Shown here in pieces: positions 25,804 through 36,900 of a DNA stretch of 64,000 bases. How positions within the stretch are numbered: the first letter of the stretch is position 1; each line of letters opens with the position of its first letter. This DNA is from Marsupella aquatica (Eukaryota; Plantae; Marchantiophyta). The stretch spans positions 5,294,944 through 5,358,943 of the forward strand of contig OZ316894.1 in the NCBI GenBank assembly GCA_973895155.1. Reading direction: 5' to 3'. The notes below the pieces were generated by a model that worked only from the letters and a program-made list of their open reading frames with translations, was not told where the DNA came from and searched no databases. Both the position numbers and the translations under genes were made by a program.

Positions 25804-26995
25804 ATGCTTGGGAGGTGACGTGTGTTTGTGACGGGATTTTGTGACGGTTTTTCCAGCGTTGAGTGTTGGTGGATTTCCCAGAGTTTCGTCGCATGGAACT
25901 TGGAGTTTATGGGCTCAACGGATAGATCGGGGCAAGGACTTTCTAACGGTGTGAAGAAATTGCTGAATGGAGCTTGTGGTGCAGAGAGATCTAATTTTTC
26001 ATCGTTCTGGATTTTGTGAAGAAAGTCGGCAACATTCATGTTCGACGGTTTTTTGGAGGAGGGACCAGAGTTTGTTTTCTTGACGATGTGAGCTCTATGG
26101 TGAAGGAGGCATTGCATGCTGTAGCTCTGCTTGTAGATCGGGATGAGCTGTTTGTTTTGGTAGCTGATTTATTACCAAGTGAGTACCGTGTGCGACGGGA
26201 CGAGCAAAAGAAGCGTTCTGATTTTCTGACCGGTTATGGAGTCTTATTTTGCCTGAGAGGGGTTTCTTGTCGTGGCAATCGACTCGGAGGGAGAAACGTC
26301 AAGTGTTTTGACTCAACGGAGAGATTGAGGCAAGACGATTGTTTTGAGTCCGGGATTGGCTCTTTGATGCGAAGAGGAAGGCTAAGCAAAATCAATTACC
26401 TTGTTGGACTTGGTGACGGCACCAAGTGCAATTCATCAACATTCGTTGTTGACAAGGTACCATTTTTTTCTCTTTGAAAAACTGATTCAAAATTGGCTAT
26501 GGCGATTGAGAGAAATCTGTCATCTTTACTAATTTTTTTCTCCCTCGTTCTTTCTTCGTTTTGGGTGTTTCTTATATCGATCTTCACCGCCTCGGAGTCT
26601 AGTTTCCAAATCTGAAATTAGATCTTGATTTTGTGTGACGGGTACCCCGTCACGGGAAGTCACACATAACTGGTTGCAAAGGCCGATACCTTGTTAATAG
26701 TCAATGTAAATAAGCCATTTTTTAATTTTTAGTTAATTCCGTCATTATAGGTTGATGATGCCCCAGGTGACTTTATATTCTTTCTCTCATAATAGTTCTA
26801 AGATTTGCGGCGACCTAAGTGGGCAAATATTTTGGGACCTTGAAACTAGCCAGGACCAGCCCCATAGGACTTACCGTTTTGCTTCAAGAGCTATTGTTGA
26901 GACCCCCATTGCAAAGTCAGGAGAGGGGGGGGTTTTTTTTTAAATAAATCCCTCCTCAGGAGGGCGAGTCCCATTAGTGGCCGTCCGAGAGAAAG

Positions 26996-27316
26996 AGGGG
27001 CTGCCTCGCGAGCCCATAGGGCTGCGTGCCCGGGCGATTAATGGGGCTCCGCGAGCTGAAGGGGCTGCCTCGCGAGCCCATAGGGCTGCGTGCCCGGGCA
27101 ATTAATGAGGTCCCGCGAGCTGGGAGGATCACGCGAGCGGGGGGGAGTTAAAGGGCCTCCCGCGAGCTGGGAGGATCACGCGAGCGGGGGGGAGTTAAAG
27201 GGCCTCCCGCGAGCTGGGAGGATCACGCGAGCGGGGGGGAGTTAAAGGGCCTCCCGCGAGCTGGGAGGATCACGCGAGCGGGGGGGAGTTGAAGGGCCTC
27301 CCGCGAGCCGGGAGGA
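26996..27316. repeat. GC-rich tandem arrays in the gypsy LTR: 2 x 64 bp, then ~4.4 x 47 bp (copy at 37688-38008)
   Basis: The 47-bp unit tcccgcgagctgggaggatcacgcgagcgggggggagttaaagggcc starts at 27111, 27158, 27205, 27252 and, partially, 27299. Confidence 0.95.
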
Positions 27317-27739
27317 ATGGCCGCGCGCCCTGCATAGGGCCGCGCGCAGGAGGACGCAAGGGTAAGGCCCGAGAAATGGGCCGGGGCGCATGGCGAAGGC
27401 GCCAGGAGTTTTTTCGGTTCTATTTTTTTTTCCTTCCTTTTTCTTTCCCTCTTCCTTTTGCACGACCCTCTCATTGCCGAAAGCAAAAACGGGGTTCTTC
27501 TCTCTCTTGCCGGAAGCTCTCTCCAGATTCTAATTATTTTTGAAGCTCTCTCTTTCATGGTGGATTAGTGGGGCTTGCTGGCGTCATTCTTCCAGGCATT
27601 AGTGGCGGCCGCACGGAGTAGTGACGGGAAATTGAGAGAATTTAAGTGATCGGGCTACGGGGGCTGTTTCGGGCCAGGGAATTGACATTGCCACGGGTGA
27701 CGGGATTGGTGATTGAGAAATTGATTTCGGGATGCATGG

Positions 27740-29596
27740 ATGCTAGATCAACCAGAGTTTAGTGCGTCACGCATTCGGAGATACAAGGCTGCTTACCGTG
27801 ACTACGTGGAGACTCGGATTACACGGGAAAGGGAAGAGAGAGAAGTTATGATGAGCACGGGATTGGCAGCGGGTTCCTCACCGGTGGGTAGGAAGATTTT
27901 TCGTCAAATTTATCCCAAGACCTCCACCAAGGTGATGGAGGATTGTCGGAACATTTTCCAAGCCACCGGGCTTACAGAATTCATGAAGGTGGAGATTACC
28001 ATCCCTTCAGGGAAGAGCTGGGACATTGAGGCCGGGATGGAGTTCCGAACGGAGGGAATCTACTTTGAATGTCTCAAACGTGTAGTGCCCCATGTGGAGT
28101 TGGCTAAGCTATTGTTTCTTGAGAATCAGAAATTCTCATTCACACCTCGGAATATCAGGGGAGAACTCACGTTGAAAATGGTGGCCACTTGGGTGACCAA
28201 TCCTACCTCCACCACCGCCATCCCTCTTTCTGCTGTCAAGGATGTTGAGTATAAGGGCTTCCTGGCCAAGGTGCATCAACGGGTTCTTGGCAACGTGCAA
28301 TCCGGAGTGCTGAATGAGGAGCATTTCGTGGTAGCTATGGACATTAAGAACTACCCAGCCCATGTGTACGGATGGTGGTGCTACGGATTGAAGAAGCTAT
28401 TGGCCGCTGAGCCCGGGAGTGTGAAACCAGGTGGGGCTGTACATTTGATGGGGTCATTTGTATTGGCCAGGGCAGAAGGGTTGATTGGTTCTCCGGGGCA
28501 TGAAGACACGGGATCATCTCTCACCACGGAGATCCGGAGTATTGCCACTACCGTTTTAGGGAAGCTCACGGAGGAATCATTGTCTGCTGGTGGGGAGGAT
28601 AATAGAGAAGAAGAGAACCAGGAGGATGATTGCACATTGGAGTGGCTTGAATCACTCGTGGGAGATCCGAAACAGCCTCTGGAATACAACATTCCGGATG
28701 TTTACTTGGCAGAGCTACGGGATTTCAGAGAGGGAGTCCACGAGGGACTCAAGCTAGTCCACGCATTGAGGGAGTCTCTCAAGCACGCCACAGTCAAAGT
28801 AGAGACGTTAGAGCAGAGCATCCTGTCACTGAAGGAGGTGATCAAGACCAAGGAGCAGACCATTCATGAGAAGGTCAGGCACATCAATGCAGCTCACGTA
28901 GAGATCACCAACTTGAAGGGAGCTTTGTCCACCAAGGCCAAGGAAGCAGAAGAAGTAGGAGCGTTGAGGCAAGCATTGGCCAAAGAGAAGCAAAATTCTG
29001 GAGAAGTGATGGAGTGGAGGAACCAGGTGGGAGCACTACGGAGTCAGGTGGCAGCCTTTGAGACACGAGCGAAGAGAAGTGAGGCCCTGAGTCTAGGGAA
29101 ACGGAAGAGTCCCGGCACACCTGGCTCCACACTTTCCCCGGATGTGATCTCCCAAGCTATCGAGATGGTGGTGAAGGAGGTTAGTGGGAAGTATGGACCC
29201 TTGTTGGATGGAGCCAAGAAGAGTCAGGAGAAGAGTAAGAGCTTGGAGAAGAAGCTCCGGGAGGTACGGAAATCGTTACGGGAGGCTCAGGTCAGTACGG
29301 GGATGCCACCCAGGTCTGTCACCCCCGGGACTCCCATGGCCACGGGGCAAGTTCTACCGTTGGAGTTGCGGTCCGGAGAAGAGGCTACCCTCTGGAAGGA
29401 CACAATTGGTGAGGGGTACATCAAGGCGTGGCAGGCCTTGGCTGCTTTGAGGAAGCGCGGGAGCAGCAGCACTAAGAGTACTCCGTCGAAGAAGAAGAAA
29501 AGTACGGTGGCACTCACTCCCGTGAGTGATGAGGAGGAGGACCACTCACGGGGCACAAGTCCGGGCACCGAGAGCGAAGAAGAAGAGGAGGATTAG
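27740..29596 (+). CDS. LTR-encoded 618-aa accessory protein (globular N-domain, coiled coil, basic and acidic tail), 5' LTR copy
   Basis: Uninterrupted 1857-bp ORF entirely inside the LTR. Heptad-rich segment at about aa 325-515, KKKK basic patch, EEEEED C-terminus. Confidence 0.9.
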   Translation: MLDQPEFSASRIRRYKAAYRDYVETRITREREEREVMMSTGLAAGSSPVGRKIFRQIYPKTSTKVMEDCRNIFQATGLTEFMKVEITIPSGKSWDIEAGMEFRTEGIYFECLKRVVPHVELAKLLFLENQKFSFTPRNIRGELTLKMVATWVTNPTSTTAIPLSAVKDVEYKGFLAKVHQRVLGNVQSGVLNEEHFVVAMDIKNYPAHVYGWWCYGLKKLLAAEPGSVKPGGAVHLMGSFVLARAEGLIGSPGHEDTGSSLTTEIRSIATTVLGKLTEESLSAGGEDNREEENQEDDCTLEWLESLVGDPKQPLEYNIPDVYLAELRDFREGVHEGLKLVHALRESLKHATVKVETLEQSILSLKEVIKTKEQTIHEKVRHINAAHVEITNLKGALSTKAKEAEEVGALRQALAKEKQNSGEVMEWRNQVGALRSQVAAFETRAKRSEALSLGKRKSPGTPGSTLSPDVISQAIEMVVKEVSGKYGPLLDGAKKSQEKSKSLEKKLREVRKSLREAQVSTGMPPRSVTPGTPMATGQVLPLELRSGEEATLWKDTIGEGYIKAWQALAALRKRGSSSTKSTPSKKKKSTVALTPVSDEEEDHSRGTSPGTESEEEEED

Positions 29597-30727
29597 ATAG
29601 GCGTACGGACGTGGGTGTACGGCCTCCAGATTTCCAACATTTTAGTGGGGGGTCACTCATGGGCTTGTTGGGATGAGCTCGCGGAGCTGATTCCAACAAG
29701 AGGCGGCGCTCCTCAAACGGAGCCAGGATGAGCAAGTTATGGCCTGGAGAACTTATGTTTTTGCGGTACGGAAACGGCCATAACTCAGGCGTCTGAAGTC
29801 CGTTGAGGGAGCGACTTAGTGATTCGGAAGCAGGAAAAGAAGAGCTATCCAGGGGTGAGCTCAGGTGTGCACTTGGAAGGGCACCTAGTTTCGGCCATTT
29901 TGGGGTGCCTCTCACTTTCAGGGTTCACGTGTACTGTTGGGGCGCCGTCGAAGGCACCGTCGGCCCCCTTGTTTTGGGTTTAGGGTTTTAGCAGCATGTG
30001 TGTGCCGCATGCTCCTCTTCAGTTTAAGGATTTCTCTTAGTGCAAGGTTTTAGCGGCGCCGCTAGGGTAGCCGCCACCGTTGTGACCCTGTGAGGGGTGC
30101 TTTGGTGTGATTTTTCAGTATTTAGGGGGATAGCCCCGAAGTAGTTAGGGGGACTCAGTGTGAAGTTAGCAAGGAGGGATAGAGTGGAGCCTGAGGAGTT
30201 TGAAAGCGTGTTCAGAGTAGTGAGGGGGAGCCATACTCATTGTCCGGAGAGGCAGGAGTTGAGTAGACGGCAGGAGGCCGGGTTACTCATGCAATGTGTA
30301 TCGTTTTTCCCAAGAGATATGGATCTGTACATTTGACTTGATGGGCTTTTGTTGTGTGTTCCTTCTCCCTTTTTCGCTTTCCGAATTGTGTTCTCCCGTT
30401 CTATGATTTGAAGAAACTTGCTTGGTTTGAGTCGGCCTTGTGAGTAGGGGTGGTGACAGCACTCTTTGGGTGACTCCGAGTGAAGGTGTAGTGGGGTAGT
30501 CGGCAGGACTTGATCAAAAGCTGTGGGGTGAGGGTAGTCGGTAGACTTGATCAAAACCTACATTTCCGGGAGCGGAAACCAAAATACTCATCCTGGTGTG
30601 AAAAGAATCCAAATAGCGTCCCTCCACGACCCCGTAATACGATACCAACGGTTTAAGCGAAGAAAAGTGCGGTTTGCACGTATTAACCGTTGGAGAGGCA
30701 AGTGACATAAGTGAGGTCTTTTGTTTT

Positions 30728-30745
30728 TGGCGCCGCTGCCGGGGA
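30728..30745 (+). promoter_or_regulatory. gypsy primer-binding site, tRNA-Asp type
   Basis: tggcgccgctgccgggga differs by one base from the Athila-type TGGCGCCGTTGCCGGGGA and lies 20 nt downstream of the LTR end. Confidence 0.85.
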
Positions 30746-30962
30746 ATCCTTCTTCTTGTTTGACGACACGAAGGAGGGGAGCTACGTCTATTGGGAGTTC
30801 AAACCTATCAACCACAACGCAACTTGCGACGGTTGATACGTGAGAAGTTTGTTGGTTACTTTGTTATTGTACGTCAACCACAACGCATCGTGCGACGGTT
30901 GATGTTTACAAATATTGCTTTCTGAGACATTGGTGTAAGTTTGGAATGCAGGTCTCAATGGG

Positions 30963-33900
30963 ATGCCGAGAGGGAGAAGGGGAGGTAGAGGAAGTCCCCA
31001 ACACACACGTACCCCAAGATCAGAGCTAGAAGGGGGGCCCTCTTGGATTGGGACCAGACGACGAGTTGCTGCCGAAGAACGCTTACGGCTTGCAGAAGAG
31101 AGGAGGTTGCCACTGGTGCTGGAAGAACAAGTTGGTGTGCAACAGGAAGAGGCTCAACGTAATGAGGCCATATGCCCAGACGAAGAGCCAGACATAGATC
31201 ACGAGCGAGAAGAAGGAGAGCCCTTTGTGTTGGTGCAGTCTGAGTTACAAAATCTGATCCCAGAGCTCACTGCATTGCCACAAATCATCTCACACCTATC
31301 ATCGGTGCTGTTACCGGTGGCCCAACAAGCGCCATTACCACCTGTGTTGATACAGGCACCGGCTGCACCGATGGCAGCTGCACAACGTACCCGTGTTCAG
31401 TACGTACCCTTCAAGGGGAGACCAAAGGATGATCCAGACGAATGGATTGAGGAGTTTGAAGGGATTGCCGAAGCTAATGGGGAGTCTGCACATAAGCTCA
31501 CTATCATTCCTGGAATGATGAGAGGGGAGGCAGGTCCATGGTTCATTTCGTTGTTGGCCAACGTGAAAGCTGATTGGGCTCTGTTCAAGCAAGCCTTCTT
31601 GAAGGAGTTCAGATCCATAGGAGTGGAGGCCACCTCACTATTAAAGGTGGGCCAACTCAGGATGAAGAAGAAGGAGTCATTACGGAGGTTTTTGCAAAGG
31701 TTCCAAAAGCTGGTACGTCGGATCCAAGCCCGTACCGATGATGCTATGCGTCAAGCCTGGTTTGTGGCTGCCCTACCAAGCAAGATGGGGTTCTTTGTAC
31801 GTCAAGCCAAGCCAACCACATTGGCTGAAGCTATTGCAGCAGCGGAGTCATACACCGCAGCTGATGCCACAAGCAAGCGTTGCCGAAGAAAGAAGCTGAA
31901 GCCGGTTGACAGTTCCTCCAGTGAGGAGTCGAGTGGATCTGATTCAGATAGTAGTGATGAATCTGAGGATTCTGAGAGTACTACAGAGTCAGACACTACG
32001 GAGTCAGAAGCTGAAAGACGAAGGAGGAAGAAGAAGAAGTTGTCAAAGAAAGTCAAGAAGTCCTCTCACCGTGAAGTGATACTACCCACGGTGGCCGTTA
32101 CACCATTGTCTACGGCAAGACGCCTGAAGGAGCAAGAGGCCAGATATGATGAGCTGACGGAGCAAATGAAAGCGTTGAAAGTACATTTTGCCGGACTCAA
32201 ACCTGAGAGGAGAAAAGTTCCGGTGGAGAGAGCCAATGTGTGGTGCACCAAGTGCATGAAGTTTGGTCATGCCCCGAAGGAGTGCCCAGCGGGAGAACCA
32301 GCCAAGGTTTTCCAAGTACGGGAGGAGGATGTTGAGGGGGCAAGCTACTCAAATCCTTCATATGCAGCGGAAGGGCCAATAGAGTACTTCATGGAGGAGC
32401 CACCAGAGGCCAACGTGTATAGTGTACAACCTCTCAACCCGGGACCACGGAGCATTCATGGAGTTTCAACAAACGCCGGAGCACCCGCATACTCCAACTA
32501 TCCCAACGCTAACCCAGGGAATCGACCACCGTACCCTGGAGTGAGGAAGATCCCTATTTGTTACAATTGTAGAGTGGCGGGCCACTACGCTAATGTGTGC
32601 CCAGAGCCCACCCGTCAAGGCAATGGAGATTTTGCCCGGCTGTGTCAACTATGCAAGGGGGAGGGTCATCTTGCACCACACTGCCCAACCTTGGAGGCGT
32701 TCAAGGCTCAACCGATTGGGGCACAAGAGAAGAAGGGGCCGCCACCTCCTCTGAAAGAAGCTAGCGTCAACTTTCTCACCACGGAAGCAGTCGACACCCC
32801 TCTAATCACTAGAAGAGAAGAAACCGTAGTGAACATTCCCAAGCAAAGGATGACCACCATAACGGAGGAGGTGGTACCGCTAGTCGTTGTAGTATCTCCA
32901 GTTGTTGAGATACCGGTGGTTGTTGTTGCAACATCTACGGAAGTTGAAGTTGCTAACCCCTCACCCCCAAGTCATGAGTGGACTCATGCTGAGAATCTAC
33001 CGGAGGAAGACAGCGACGAGGAGAGAAGGCATTACTCTTGTTACCGAGTCTCCACTCGATCCGGCAAAAAGAAGGGCAAGTCCGAGCTCAAGCAGAAGTA
33101 CAAGGAGGTGCATCAAGCTTCCACATCGGGTACCTCACACGAACCGGAGGTGCCACCCATGGAGGATAGTGACTTTGATCGGGACAACCCCAAGTTGTTC
33201 TATCCGAAGGTGGGAGAAGAGGTACGTAAGCAGTTGGAGGAGCTAGAAGCACAAGCCATGCAAGCGGCCATTGACAAAGACATGGAGGAGGCAAAGGCCA
33301 GAAAGAAAGCGGAGGAGAGGGTTGTTCGTTGGAAACCGGGAGAAGAGGTCATCCCACCCATACCTCCTGCAACCGCGTACAACATTGCTCAAGACATTCT
33401 GGATTGCCCAGTCAGTGCCACAATTGGTCAACTATTACGGGATAGCTCCCTATACCGTCGCCAAGTCAAGGAGATTCTCATGAGGAGGAGACGTAGAAGA
33501 AGGTTACCCAAAGTTGGGGCTGACCCCATACAAGTCAACTGGGTCACGGAGGATTTGGGTGCCCCAGAACTCACGGTGGACATCAATGGATGTGCAATAC
33601 GGTTTGTACCGGTGGACGGGGGCTCGGGAGTCAACATCATGACTGAGGAGACGGCAAACCGGTTGGGGTATACAGAGTTAGAACCACCGGCACGTGCCAT
33701 GAGGTTGGCTGATGGTGCACGGGTGGTGCCGTTGGGGTGTCTCACCAAGATTCCAACAATGATTGGGGGAAAATCTTTCCCCCTCAACTATTTGGTGATG
33801 CGACCCGTTCGGCCGTACGGTTTTCCCATTTTAATTGGCAGGCCATGGTTGTATGTGGCCAAGGTCACAAGTGATTGGGGCAAACGGCAGTTTCGGTTTG

Positions 33901-36900
33901 GTATCCCCACTATCACTATTCCATGGTCAGCGGAGTCACCTCACGGGGAGACTACGACTATGGAGGAGGAATATGATTCAGAGGTCACCTCAGATGAAGA
34001 CGAGGATGAAGTATACATGGTGAAACTGATTTCTCACCTCACGGAGGAAGATGTTTTTGGCCCCGGAGTTGCTACTCAAGAGCATGCAGTAGAGGAATCA
34101 GTTAGCCAAGTGCACGCTGTTCTAGAAGAGATGGAAGACGAGCGAAGCAAAATTGTGGAGGCTGAACCTCTAGAGATTCATGATAGGGAGGCAGAGGATC
34201 ACCCCGAGGAGGTGGAAATGCAAGCCCACACGATCATGTTTGATGATGAGCAAAGAGAGCAGTTTTTGAATGACATCCTGGATGATGACTTTAGAGAGGA
34301 GCTATTGTCACATTACAAAGAATCTGACGTTGAAGAAATAATGGCCCATGTGACAAAGGATCCACCTCCATCCCGACCAGACCAGGAGGAGAGTGATGCA
34401 CCGGTGTATGGAGGGATGAGGCTCGCACGGTTGGAAGAAACCTTTGATGAGGAGACACGCAACAAGTTGGACGTGATCAGGCCGGAGCAGTACACAAAGG
34501 TGGAAGTGGGTGAGGGCAAGACACTCAACATTGGTAGTAAGTTGGATGCTACGGAGCAACGCACGATTCAGGAATTGTTGAAAGAGTACCAAGACGTATT
34601 TGCGTGGAGCCACCAAGATTTGAAAGGAGTGCCACCTGAGTTTGGTGAGCACAGCATTGACCTGATGTCAGGAGCACGACCTGTGAGGCAACGCCAATAC
34701 CGCCTCAACCCCAAATACTCACTCATGGTGAAGGAGGAGATTGACCGTTTGTTGGATGCAGGATTCATTTATCCGGTCATGCATAGTGAGTGGGTGTCAC
34801 CCATCGTAATCGTGCCCAAGAAAAAGGGGCCAGACGGGAAGGTGAAAATACGGGTGTGCCAAGATTTTCGAAAGTTGAATGATGCGACCAAGAAGGATCA
34901 CTACCCGCTACCGTTCACGGATATCGTGTTGGACATGGTAGCAGGTTGGGAGATATACAGCTTCTTGGATGGCTACTCTGGGTACAACCAAATCTGGATA
35001 CGGGAGGAGGACCAACTCAAGACGGCTTTCACAACAGAGTGGGGGATTTTTGCATTCCGGAGAATGCCTTTTGGGTTGTGCAATGCCCCTGGCATGTTCC
35101 AACGGCTCATGATGAATATATTTCATGACTTTTTACGCAGGTTCTTGGAGATCTTTATTGATGACTTTGCTGTCTACGGCAAACGAGTCAAGCATCCGGA
35201 ACACTTACGGTTGACTTTTCAGCGGTGCCGGGAGACTTGCCTGAAGCTGCATCCGGAGAAATGTTTCTTTGGAATTGAGGAGGGAATCCTATTGGGCCAC
35301 AAAGTGTCTGCACGAGGGATTGAAGTTGATCGTGAGAAGGTCGCCGTGTGGGTAGCAGTCTCATTTCCCAAGAATGTGAAGGAAGTGAGAGGGTTCTTGG
35401 GGTGTGTTGGCTACTACCGACGCTTCATCAAAGACTTTGCCAAGGTAGCCATGCCACTCACTTCCATGTTGAAAAAAGGAAGTGAGTTTGAACCTACTCC
35501 TTCCCGTCAGGCTGCTTTTGATGAATTGAAGAAACGATTGCTAGAGGCCCCCGTGCTCATTACGCCCAATTGGAATAAGGAATTCCATGTTTACGTAGAC
35601 GTATCAGGATTTTGCATCGGTGCCGTTTTGAGTCAGTTAGATGATGATGGAAGAGACCATCCCATCTACTTTGCCAGTAGGCAGTTGGCCCCGGCAGAGA
35701 AAAACTACTCACCCACCGATAGGGAGGCACTTGGTATCATCTACGCTTGTAAGAAGTATCGTCATTATTTGTTGGGGTACAAGGTTGTGTTCCACACGGA
35801 TCACAACAGCTTGAAATACATGGTCAACAAGCCAGATCTGTCCGGGAGAATTGCACGTTGGGTTTTGTTGCTACAAGAGTTCAACTATGAGGTGAGAGTA
35901 AGATCGGGGAAGAGTCATAGCAATGCAGACTTCTTCTCCCGTATTGAGGGAGCATCTGACTCCCAGGAGATTGATGATCGGTTCCCGGATGAGGAAGTAT
36001 TCAGCGTGAATACAGAGGCCACTACTTGGTATGGAGAAATTTTGGAATTTCTCCGCACGGCTAGAGTTCCCTCACGTTTGGGCCCGGAGAGAGCAGCAGT
36101 GTTTTTGCGTAAGACAGGTCCCTACTTGCTTGTGAAGGGAGTACTTCACAAGTACGGCATGGATGGCCGACTTCGTCGTTGTTTGGAGGAAGCGGAGATA
36201 CGTACAGTCATGGCAGCATTACATGAGGAGGAAGCTGGTGGCCACTTTGCACGGGAGACCACCGCAAGGAAAATACTAGATGCTGGATATTGGTGGCCAA
36301 CTCTCTTTCGGGATGTACACCGGTACATCCAGCGATGTGATCCGTGCCAGCGTCAAGGCAAACCAGGGCCCTCCTCACGACACCCATTGGTGCCCATACT
36401 TCCTCTTGCACCCTTTGAGAAGTGGGGGGTGGACTTCATTGGCCCTTTCACTCCCATCACACGAAGAGGGAGGAAGCGCTACATCATTCTTGCAACGGAC
36501 TATGCCACCAAGTGGGTGGAGGCCCGAGCTACTGCCAAGGATGATGCCAACACCACGGCACGTTTTTTGTATGAGCAGATTTTTACACGATTTGGTCCAC
36601 CATTGGAGTTGGTAAGTGACAGGGGTACTCACTTCCTCAATCATACGATTGAACGTTTGACGGAGAACTACTTGATCTCACATAGGAAGACCACTCCGTA
36701 CCACCCTCGAGCCAACGGGCTCACTGAGAGAGCCAACGGGATCATGGGCAAGATCCTCAACAAAACGGTATCCGCTCACAAGACCGATTGGGATTTGAAG
36801 TTGTTGGCTGCCACTTACGCTTACAACCTGGCTCACAAGACTACCACGGGCCACAGCCCCTATTTCCTTGTGTTTGGACAACACTCTCTTGTGCCGGTGG

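Larger units (their letters stand above)
26634..30707 (+). repeat. gypsy 5' LTR (4074 bp)
   Basis: Direct repeat of 37326-41399 at offset 10692. Only two differences noticed (27906 A vs 38598 G; 28345 T vs 39037 C). Confidence 0.97.

Noticed and set aside
26016-26477. 153-aa ORF in the copia 5' UTR
   Set aside because: Non-ATG start, no motifs, and within an untranslated leader.
27111-27316. 47-bp array (and the 40-bp repeat at 2692-2812) as CRISPR
   Set aside because: Head-to-tail units without unique spacers, no cas genes, and a eukaryotic context.
27223-27558. Short ORFs over the GC-rich LTR array
   Set aside because: By-products of high GC content and tandem repeats, low complexity.
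27740-29596. Calling the LTR ORF a true envelope gene
   Set aside because: No signal peptide or convincing transmembrane helix is visible. The position is env-like but the sequence is not.
29972-29990. ttttgggtttagggtttta as an interstitial telomere
   Set aside because: Only about two degenerate units. At most a telo-box-like promoter motif, not supportable alone.
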